64,000 nt of DNA from Callorhinchus milii (lineage: Eukaryota), in NCBI RefSeq assembly GCF_018977255.1, contig NW_024704742.1:56050001-56114000 (forward strand), written 5' to 3'. This document shows, piece by piece, positions 52,745 through 62,170 of this stretch; position 1 is the first letter of the stretch, and each line of letters starts with the position of its first letter. Position numbers and translations under genes: made by a program. The notes beneath the pieces were generated by a model. That model did no database searches and was not told where the DNA came from. It worked only from the letters and a program-made list of their open reading frames with translations.

Positions 52745-54297
52745 CAATCAGCAGTGCTCCATTACACACTCCAGGGTCCCCAAACCTTGTCCCAAAGATC
52801 TTGTCAACCTGTGTCTAAGTTTCTTCAGTTTCACCATCAGCTCTTTGCTGGATATCTGATTTCCGTGTGATGGAGGACCTATGAAGGACAAATCAGCCAC
52901 TGTGAAGTTCTAAAGGTCCAAGTTCGGAAGTCTGAGTAACAGGCTTTCTCAAGACTATCTCCTTAATCCAGTTGCGTAAACTGATCCAATTCACATCAAA
53001 TTCATTATTGCATCTTGAATTGCATTGCATTGTTTATGATGTCTCAGGGTTCACACTAGATGAGTTAACACAGAAGTCAAAAAATGTTTCATCACTCAAA
53101 GGTTTATTTAACCATGAGATGGTTTATCACAATAGGCTATTGAAGTCAAGGTTATGACAACATTTAAAAGAGAATTGTATAGGTTTTTGAAGAAAACAAT
53201 ATAAAATGCGTGGGAAAACAGTAGGAAATTGGGATTAGAATGGACATCTCCACTGGACGAGCTAGTACCAACATTAGCTTGATAGTTCAAAAGGCCTTTC
53301 TGCACTGTAATTTCCATGATTCTGCATTGTCAGTATAGCATATACCCCTTTTGCTCATGGAAAAATAAAAGGCAGCACTCTGAATGCTATCATTTGACAA
53401 CACAAATTCCTTGCACTTGATATAGTGCCTTAACACATTTCAAGGTGTCTCAAACCGCTTCCCAAAACTTACTGTAAAATCAATTGACTGTATATTTTGC
53501 GGGCGAAATGCGGCTGCGAATTGCAATAAATGAATAAAAAATATTATTACAATTCAAGTTCCAAATCTCTCAGTAAGGAGCCTATTTAAATACATCTGAA
53601 CTATTTCACTTCAAAATGTCACTTTGTTTGCATCTTTGTCACAATTAACTTCATCAGGACTTTGAGCTCAGTCCAGGTTAACATGCCGACAGTTGGGCAA
53701 GTGCTGAATTGTTGGAGGTGCCATCCTTTAGATGAAATGTTAAATCATGGTCCCATCTGCCTGTTCCTTAGGTGGATGTTGAAGATTAAATGACATTTTT
53801 CGAAAAGCGAGGGAGTTTTTCCCAATGTGCAAAACCACTGCTGCATTTACATACAAAATCCAGTCACTGTAGTTGCTTTGAAATATTTCAGCATTCCAGG
53901 CAATGTATGAAATGCAAGGACTATTATTATGATAATTATTATTATTATTCTCCTACCAGGAATCTAGTGGGATGTAATTGCTAAGCATCTCCAGTTTGAC
54001 AATGCTTCATGAGAATTTACTTGTTATTTACAGCTTCACAAAATGTTGCTATTCCTGCAGATCTTTCAGTCACTTCTAAACTTATTTCAGCCACAACATC
54101 TTCCTGCGTAATTCTACCTGCAACAACTGGAACACACGATCGATAACCTTCTTAATCTCCTTTTTTTAGGTTGGGCCTCTTACCTGGGGTTAATTTATGG
54201 TACAATACATGACCTGGCAGCAGTTGCAGGTTTACTTTCAGGCTTGAGAGCTATTGTAAATCTCAACCTTTGTTATCGTAAAATGCTGGTTTCCAAT

Positions 54298-54454
54298 AAT
54301 AATAATAATAATAATCCTTGCATTTGATATAGTACCTTTTCACATCATTGAGACATCTCAAAGCGCTTCACAGATTATACTGTAAAGTGGAGTGACTGTG
54401 TATGGTGTGGTCGAAACGTGGCAGCCAATTGCACACAGCAGTGTCCCACAAACA
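54298..54454 (-). mobile_element. 5'-truncated SINE A with 13-bp target-site duplication
   Basis: GCTGGTTTCCAAT at 54285-54297 and 54455-54467. Confidence 0.85.
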
Positions 54455-54809
54455 GCTGGTTTCCAATTACATACTGGAACACTGATGTCTCACTCAAATG
54501 TTCTAAACAGGCAGTCAGTGCAGAGATGGACAGGGACTGTGATAATAAATTGAAAAGAAATTATTTTAATTCAATAATGAGTTAAAATATTGGGGTTAAA
54601 AATGCGACATGATTTGATTACCACAACACACCCCCTCACTTTCACACTATTGCGTGAGCTTTTTTTTGGTGAAAAAAAGTTCTGTTAGTATTATTTGGAA
54701 AATTGTTCTTCTGAGTTCCTAATAAAGCAAAGTAGACAGCAGTGCTTGTCCAAATTAGTTTTAGTGATTTTATTTCGAGCAGAAGAAGCAGAGTAGAGAT
54801 GAGGAGACT

Positions 54810-55025
54810 TTTTTTTACCTAGCAAGTTGTTATGATCTGGAATGCACTGCCTGAAAGGGTGGTAGAAGTAGATTCAATAACAGCTTTCGAAAGAGAATCG
54901 AATAGGAACTTGAAAAGGAAAAAAATTGCAAGGGAAAGACCGGGGTAGTGGGACTAATTGGATAGCTATTTCCAAGAGCCATCACAGGCACGATAGGCCA
55001 AATGGCCTCCTTCTGTGCTGTTGGA
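54810..55025 (+). mobile_element. CR1 3' end fragment
   Basis: VVMIWNALPERVVE...; 3' UTR GGCCAAATGGCCTCCTTCTGTGCTG. Confidence 0.7.
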
Positions 55026-55099
55026 TTACGATTCCAATCTTTGGCACTTCTCTTTCCTTCTCTAATAAGGCAGGATTGTGGAGGAGGCCGATCTACAGG

Positions 55100-55284
55100 C
55101 ACGTTCTCATATACTTTCCATCCTTTCTGCAACACACGTGTGGCCCAGTTACGTTACTCTGTGACTTTCAGAAGATTGATCTTTTATTCATTGCCTTCCT
55201 ATCATCCCCTAGCCGCTGAAGCGTGTGGAAAAGCATCATTCACGAAAAATACATTATTTCCAAAATGTGCCATTAAACCACGTG
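55100..55284. promoter_or_regulatory. E-box/D-box-like motif cluster upstream of MTNR1A
   Basis: CACGTT 55100, CACGTG 55135, GTTACGTTAC 55148, CACGTG 55279; motifs only, function untested. Confidence 0.35.
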
Positions 55285-55823
55285 CAAGCAGTGCAGCCAC
55301 AGCCTGCAGTGTGGGGCTGCATGTCAGAGCTGCCAGTTGCCTTGACAAGAGCTGGAGTGGTTTCCTCTGCCGCCTCATCATTTATTGAGCGCTTGATCTC
55401 AGGCTATTTTGCCTGTTAACCGCAGCAGCTCCAACCTGCATTCAACTCGCCATCAATTCGTTGAATGAGTTTATTTCCCTGTTTTTACTCCTGATCGTTT
55501 CGGTGCGTGGATTTACCTAATAATATTGGGTGGCTCTGAGCACTGAGCGGAGCTGATGCAGATTTTAATGGTGTGACAACTGTGTTTTTAAATCGCATTT
55601 TAAACCTAAATCCTATGCACAGGATATGTTAAGAAACACACATGCAGATAACCCTGTGATCTTGTCAAGATCATTGTCCGGTGTCTTTCTTTTTCTCTCT
55701 CTCTTTCTCTCTGTCTCCCACCCAAAACCAAACAGTAGGAATGGAAACATTACAGCTGCAGAATATTGCAATTCCAGTGACAGAAGATAACAGACGCTCT
55801 GTGTCCAGTGGATTGAATGAGAT

Positions 55824-56474
55824 GGTGTGTGTGTGTGTGTGGGGGGGGATGGGGTGTGTGTGTGGGGGGCGGGTGGGGTGTGTGTGGGAGTGTGTGTGTG
55901 TGGGGGGTGGAGTGTGTGTGTGGGGGGGTAGTGTGTGTGTGGGGGGGGGGGGGTGTGTGTGAGGGGGGGGGAGTGTGTGTGTGAGGGGGGGGGGAGTGTG
56001 TGTGTGAGGGGGGAGTGTGTGTGTGGGGGGGGGGGGGAGTGTGTGTGTGGGGGGGGGGGAGTGTGTGTGTGAGGGGGGGGGGGGAGTGTGTGTGTGAGGG
56101 GGGGGAGTGTGTGTGTGAGGGGGGGGGTGTGTGTGTGTGTGTGGGGGGGGGGGAGTGTGTGTGTGAGGGGGGGGGAGTGTGTGTGTGAGGGGGGGGGGAG
56201 TGTGTGTGTGTGGGGGGGGGGGAGTGTGTGTGTGTGTGGGGGGGAGTGTGTGTGTGTGTGTGTGGGGGGGGGGGGGAGTGTGTGTGTGTGTGTGGGGGTG
56301 TGTGTGTGTGTGTGGGGGGGGGGGGAGTGTGTGTGTGTGTGTGGGGTGTGTGTGTGTGTGTGGGGGGGGGGGGAGTGTGTGTGTGTGTGTGGGGTGGTGT
56401 GTGTGTGTGGGGGGGGGGGAGTGTGTGTGTGTGTGTGGGGTGTGTGTGTGTGTGGGGGGGGGGGGGTAGTGTGT
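55824..56474 (+). repeat. Compound (GT)n/(G)n tandem repeat
   Basis: Alternating GT runs and G tracts, about 650 bp. Confidence 0.95.
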
Positions 56475-56876
56475 TTGCATCGCTCGTTGTGGATCCCCAG
56501 TGATTGAATGATCAGCGGAGGGATTAAAGCAACTTTTTAGATTTTCAGTATTTAATTTATTAATGATTCAGATCCCCCCCCTCCCCCCCTACTCCCCCGC
56601 CCCCCTCACCCCCTACTCCCCTCCCCACCCGCCCCCCAACACCCCTCCCCTTCTGCCCCCCAAACCCCCCCCCCCCGCCTAAACCCACCTCCTTCCACCA
56701 CTGACCGAAACGTCCAGAAGTCATGGGGGGGAAAAAATAATAAAGAAGTGACATCTCGTTTCGATGCATAAAAAAGCCAAAGGAAGGAGAGCGGATACGT
56801 GGAGCGATGGAGGGAGTGAGCGGAGGAGCGGCTGTGGGGTCACAGCGGAGCGGTGGTTTGGAAGAGTGAGCGAGTG

Positions 56877-57640
56877 ACAGTCAGTGGGGGACAGTCAGTG
56901 GGGGACAGTCAGTGGGGGGGACAGTCAGTGGGGGACAGTCAGTGGGGGGGACAGTCAGTGGGGGGACAGTCAGTGGGGGGACAGACAGTGGGGGGGCAGT
57001 CAGTGGGGGGACAGTCAGTGGGGGACAGTCAGTGGGGGGGGGACAGTCAGTGGGGGACAGACAGGGGGGGACAGACAGTGGGGGGGGACAGTCAGTGGGG
57101 GGGACAGTCAGTGGGGGACAGACAGTGGGGGGGCAGTCAGTGGGGGGACAGTCAGTGGGGGACAGTCAGTGGGGGGACAGTCAGTGGGGGGACAGTCAGT
57201 GGGGACAGTCAGTGGGGGGACAGACAGTGGGGGGGGGGGACAGTCAGTGGGGGGACAGACAGGGGGGGACAGACAGTGGGGGGGGACAGTCAGTGGGGGA
57301 CAGTCAGTGGGGGACAGTCAGTGGGGGGACAGTCAGTGGGGGGACAGTCAGTGGGGGGGGGGACAGTCAGTGGGGGGGGGACAGTCAGTGGGGGGGGGAC
57401 AGTCAGTGGGGGGGGGACAGTCAGTGGGGGGGGGACAGTCAGTGGGGGACAGACAGTGGGGGGGGGGACAGTCAGTGGGGGGACAGTCAGTGGGGGACAG
57501 TCAGTGGGGGGGGACAGTCAGTGGGGGGACAGTCAGTGGGGGGGGGACAGTCAGTGGGGGGACAGTCAGTGGGGGACAGTCAGTGGGGGGGGACAGTCAG
57601 TGGGGGGACAGACAGTGGGGGGGGGGACAGTCAGGGGGGG
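56877..57640 (+). repeat. G-rich minisatellite (Gn-ACAGTCAGT), array 1
   Basis: Unit ACAGTCAGT plus about 4-11 G; variants ACAGACAGT. Confidence 0.97.
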
Positions 57641-57644
57641 TGAG

Positions 57645-58415
57645 AGTCGCCTCCAACTTCCACCCACCACCCACCCCTTCCCTCCCACACTCCGACTCCT
57701 ACCCATCCTCCCCTACACACCTTCGTACCCGTTTCCCCACCCTCTGTCACTGAACTCATCCTATCCCTAAAACCAACCACCTGCTCCCTTGACCCCATCC
57801 CACTCCACTCCTTATCTCCCAGCTCCACTTTCTTGCCCCACACATCACTGACATCATAAACCTGTCCCTCTCCTCTGGCTCTGTCCCCATTCCATTAAAA
57901 ACTGCCATCATCACGCCCACCCTGAAAAACCCTCCCTTGATGCGTCGCAGCTATCAAGCTACCGGCCCATCTCCAACCTCCCCTTTCTCTCCAAGGTCTT
58001 GGAAAGAGTTGTCGCCTCCCAACTGCGCTCTTTCCTCTCCACCCATTCTCTTTTTGAACCCCTTCAGTCAGGTTTCCGTGCTGCCCATAGCACAGAAACT
58101 GCCCTGGTCAAGGTCACCAATGATATCCTGACCATCTGTGACCAGGGCTCCCTCTGTCTCCTCGTCCTCCTCGACCTATCGGCAGCATTCGATACGGTCG
58201 ACCACGCTATCCTACTCCACCGCTTGTCCTCCCACCTCAACCGTCAAGGCACTGTCCTTGAATGGTTTAGGTCGTACCTTTCTCACCGTCTTCACTTTGT
58301 CTCGACGAATGGCTTCTCCTCCACCCCCCGTACTGTCTCATGTGGTGTCCCTCAGGGCTCTGTCCTCGGTCCCCTCCTCTTCACCCTCTATATGCTCCCC
58401 CTCGGTGACATCATC
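57645..58415 (+). mobile_element. Internal L2 ORF2 (RT) fragment
   Basis: [73 protein letters not shown]; small frameshifts; stops before YADD. Confidence 0.92.
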
Positions 58416-58453
58416 TTGGATTCAAGGAAATCCAGCATCTCCTCGCAGTGAAG

Positions 58454-60105
58454 GTCAGTGGGGGGGACAGTCAGTGGGGGGGGACAGTCAGTGGGGGGGG
58501 GGACAGTCAGTGGGGGGGGGGGACAGTCAGTGGGGGGGGACAGTCAGTGGGGGGGGGGACAGTCAGTGGGGGGGTAGTCAGTGGGGGGGGGGACAGTCAG
58601 TGGGGGGGGACGACAGTCAGTGGGGGGGGGACAGTCAGTGGGGGGGGACAGTCAGTGGGGGGACAGTCAGTGGGGGGGGACAGTCAGTGGGGGGGGGGAC
58701 AGTCAGGGGGGGGGGACAGTCAGTGGGGGGGGGACAGTCAGTGGGGGGGGGGGCAGTCAGTGGGGGGGGGACAGTCAGTGGGGGGGGGGGACAGTCAGTG
58801 GGGGGGACAGTCAGTGGGAGGGGGGGGCAGTCAGTGGAGGGGGGACAGTCAGTGGGGGGACAGACAGTGGGGGGGGACAGTCGGGGGGGGGGGACAGTCA
58901 GGGGGGGGGACAGTCAGGGGGGGGGACAGTCAGGGGGGGGACAGTCAGGGGGGGGGACAGTCAGTGGGGGGGGACAGTCAGTGGGGGGGACAGTCAGTGG
59001 GGGGGGGACAGTCAGTGGGGGGGGGGACAGTCAGTGGGGGGGACAGTCAGTGGGGGGGGACAGTCAGTGGGGGGGGACAGTCAGTGGGGGGGGGGGACAG
59101 TCAGTTGGCGGGGGACAGTCAGTGGGGGGGGCAGTCAGTGGGGGGCAGTCAGGGGGGGGGACAGTCAGTGGGGGGGGGACAGTCAGGGGGGTGACAGTCG
59201 GGGGGGGGGGCAGTCAGGGGGGGACAGTCAGGGGGGGGACAGTCAGTGGGGGGGGACAGTCAGTGGGGGGGGGACAGTCAGTGGGGGGGGGGACAGTCAG
59301 TGGGGGGGGACAGTCAGTGGGGGGTGGGACAGTCAGTGGGGGGGGGGACAGTCAGTGGGGGGGGTGGACACGCAGTGGGGGGGGGACAGTCAGTGGGGGG
59401 GGACAGTCAGTGGGGGGGGGGACAGTCAGTGGGGGGGGGACAGTCAGTGGGGGGGGACAGTCAGTGGGGGGGGACAGTCAGTGGGGGGGGAACAGTCAGT
59501 GGGGGGGGGGACAGTCAGTGGGGGGGGGACAGTCAGTGGGGGGGGGACAGTCAGTGGGGGGGGGACAGTCAGTGGGGGGGACAGTCAGTGGGGGGGGGAC
59601 AGTCAGTGGGGGGGGCAGTCAGTGGGGGGGGGGCAGTCAGTGGGGGGGGGCAGTCAGTGGGGGGGGGCAGTCAGTGGGGGGGGACAGTCAGTGGGGGGGG
59701 CAGTCAGTGGGGGGGCAGTCAGTGGGGGGGGGCAGTCAGTGGGGGGGGGCAGTCAGTGGGGGGGGGCAGTCAGTGGGGGGGGGGACAGTCAGTGGGGGGG
59801 GCAGTCAGTGGGGGGGGACAGTCAGTGGGGGGGGCAGTCAGTGGGGGGGGCAGTCAGTGGTGGGGGGGACAGTCAGTGGGGGGGACAGTCAGTGGGGGGG
59901 GCAGTCAGTGGGGGGGCAGTCAGTGGGGGGGGGGCAGTCAGTGGTGGGGGGACAGTCAGTGGGGGGGGACAGTCAGTGGGGGGGGGACAGTCAGTGGGGG
60001 GGACAGTCAGTGGGGGGGGGACAGTCAGTGGGGGGGGACAGTCAGTGGGGGGGGACAGTCAGTGGGGGGGGGGCAGTCAGTGGGGGGGGACAGTCAGTGG
60101 GGGGG
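58454..60105 (+). repeat. G-rich minisatellite (Gn-ACAGTCAGT), array 2
   Basis: Same unit as array 1; the 3' part is enriched in the Gn-CAGTCAGT variant. Confidence 0.97.
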
Positions 60106-60109
60106 CGGG

Positions 60110-60735
60110 GGGTGTAACTGAATGAATGAATGATCGCACATGTATGTAGGTGTGTGTGTGTGTGTGTGTGTACAGGATTGGAGGGAGGGATTGAATGAAC
60201 GAAACGCACAATGAGTGAGGAGGGGGAGAGCAGAGCCCCGAGAGCTCACACTGTGCGGCTGAGGGGCAGAGCACTGACTGACTGACTGACTCCGCACCGC
60301 ACGGAGGCAATGCTCTGACGGTGTTGGGTTACGAACCCGCACATCACACCGCACCACCTGATAAAAGGGGAGAGCGGGTCGGGGGCGGTGCGGTGCGGTG
60401 TCTGTCTGTCTGTCACTGCCCACAACAGCGATGCGATGGGTCCACTCGGCGGTATGAAGGTCCCGCGTCCGTCGGATTAAACAGTTTCTTTTTGCCTCAA
60501 AAAAAAAGTTAGAGCGCTATAGTTTTAAAAGAAAACCCCCCCTCATCCCCGCACCCCCCACCCCCCGCACCCCCCACCCCCCGCACCCCCCACCCCCCCG
60601 GGGAGATGGATCCAGACCTGCAAACTCCTCCGGTCAATGTCAGCCTCAGGGACCGATTGCAACACTAATCGGATTAATGTTGGATCGAGTCCTGGTTATT
60701 GATTTCTACTCGGAAACTAAACCATTAATAAAACC
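60110..60735 (+). promoter_or_regulatory. CpG-rich proximal promoter/5' UTR of MTNR1A
   Basis: CpG-dense compared with flanks; GC-box-like runs; GGATTA at 60474; TAATCGGATTA at 60666-60676; ATAAAA at 60361. Confidence 0.6.
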
Positions 60736-60919
60736 ATGAACAGCAGCCTGGGCTGCCTCAACACGTCCGCCCTGGTACCCGAGCCCCTGACCCCGGACCG
60801 CCCGGCCTGGGTAGCCACCACCCTGGCCAGTTTGCTGATCTTCACCATCGCGGGGGATATCCTCGGGAACCTCCTGGTCATCCTCTCCGTCTACAGGAAC
60901 AAGAAGCTGAGAAACGCCG
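60736..60919 (+). CDS. MTNR1A: Melatonin receptor 1A coding exon 1 (N-terminus, TM1, ICL1)
   Basis: ACCATG start; MNSS (N-glycosylation sequon)...TLASLLIFTIAGDILGNLLVILSVYRNKKLRNAG|GTAAGT, the conserved melatonin-receptor intron position. Subtype assigned from the established FAT1-MTNR1A synteny. Exon 2 is outside the window. Confidence 0.92.
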
Positions 60920-60982
60920 GTAAGTCAACCACCACAAAAACAGGTCTGTGTCGCCCTCCATCCACACAGCCACAGCTGATTG

Positions 60983-61397
60983 CCCCCTGTCCCCTGCCCT
61001 GCCCTGCCCGGCCCCCTGCCCTGCCCTGCCCCCTGCCCTGCCCTGCCCCCTGCTCTGCCCCCTGCCCTGCCCTGCCCCCTGCCCTGCCCTGCCCTGCACC
61101 CTGCCCTGCCCCCTGCCCTGCCCTGCCCGGCCCCCTGCCCTGCCCTGCTCTGCCCTGCTCTGTCCCCTGCTCTGTCCCCTGCCCTGCCCCCTGCCCTGTC
61201 CCCTGCTCTGCCCCCTGCCCTGCTCTGCTCTGCCCTGCTCTTGCCCTGCCCTGCTCTGCTCTGCCCCCTGCCCTGCCCTGCCCTGCTCTTGCCCTGCTCT
61301 GCTCTGCCCCCTGCCCTGCCCTGCTCTGCCCTGCTCTTGCCCTGCTCTACCCCCCTGCCCTGCCCTGCCCTGCCCTGCTCTTGCCCTGCTCTGCTCT
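60983..61397 (+). repeat. (CCCTG/CTCTG)n pentamer repeat in MTNR1A intron 1
   Basis: About 415 bp of CCCTG/CTCTG/CCCCCTG units beginning about 63 nt after the donor. Confidence 0.95.
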
Positions 61398-61989
61398 GTG
61401 CTTAGAGGATGGCAGTGTAAGAGGATGGTTTCTAAACTATTGCTGTTAACTTCTCAGTTGCAGTGCAGTTCACAGAAGGACATCTTCATCTGCTATATTT
61501 GCTTTGCAGTGTCTGAATTGCCAAAAGACTGTTTCAGTCTCTCTCTCTCTCTCTGTCCTAAAATAGGAATCTGCTCTTATTGACTATTATTCAGATGTGA
61601 CATTATCCCGCACACAACTGTGATCGGACCAGTTATCAGGTTATTTAGGGTTGACAGGTGTAAGCAGAGGAGACAAAGCAAACTTCTTATCTTTCTGTTC
61701 TGTCGAAAGAAACTTACATTCATGAGTGGATCTGGTAACAATCGTCTCTATAAGTGTGTTTCTCTTGTGTTTTTTTGACCAGGTTTTTCTCTCCCACTTT
61801 TGTGAATGTGTTACATTTGTCCAGCATGAACCTTCCCCTTGATCGCATGAACTGAATGGTTGCTGCCGAACACATGCAAATTTTTTTAAAAAATGTATGA
61901 AAAAAAATACGAAAGCCTTTTCTCTGCTCTCCCAACTTTGGGAGTTTTGATAACTTGGTCATTTCATCCACACCTGTTTGCTGCTCAAT

Positions 61990-62170
61990 ACACTGCTGTG
62001 CGCAATTGGCTGCCGCGTTTCGCCCTCAAAATGTACATTCAATTCACTTTACAGTATATCCTGTGAAGTGCTTTGGGGCGTCCTCAAAAGGCACAAAACA
62101 AATGTAATTTTGTTGTTGCTGTTGTGTTAAGGCACTATATCAAATGCAAGGATTATTTGTTGCTGTTGCT
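61990..62170 (+). mobile_element. SINE family A 3' fragment with mixed L2-type and SINE-type tails
   Basis: Body motif, then a (TTG)n tail, then GCACTATATCAAATGCAAGGATTA. Confidence 0.7.

Noticed and set aside
30480..55000. Additional protein-coding gene between FAT1 and MTNR1A
   Set aside because: Listed ORFs are short and either repeat-derived or featureless; I found no coherent exon chain.
55671..56507. His/Thr/Pro-rich and Cys/Val/Gly-rich ORFs
   Set aside because: Translations of the (GT)n/(G)n repeat.
57999..58451. Functional reverse transcriptase gene
   Set aside because: Fragment with frameshifts; lacks YADD, endonuclease and 3' end.
56877..60105. CRISPR-like repeat array
   Set aside because: No unique spacers (only G runs), no cas genes, vertebrate context.
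56853..60125. Long Gly-rich ORFs (GDSQWG/GQSVG/GTVSG)
   Set aside because: Open in all three frames because the minisatellite has no stops; G-run lengths do not preserve frame.
60920..61583. Cys/Pro-rich extension of the receptor ORF and overlapping ORFs
   Set aside because: Read-through past the GTAAGT donor into the (CCCTG)n repeat.
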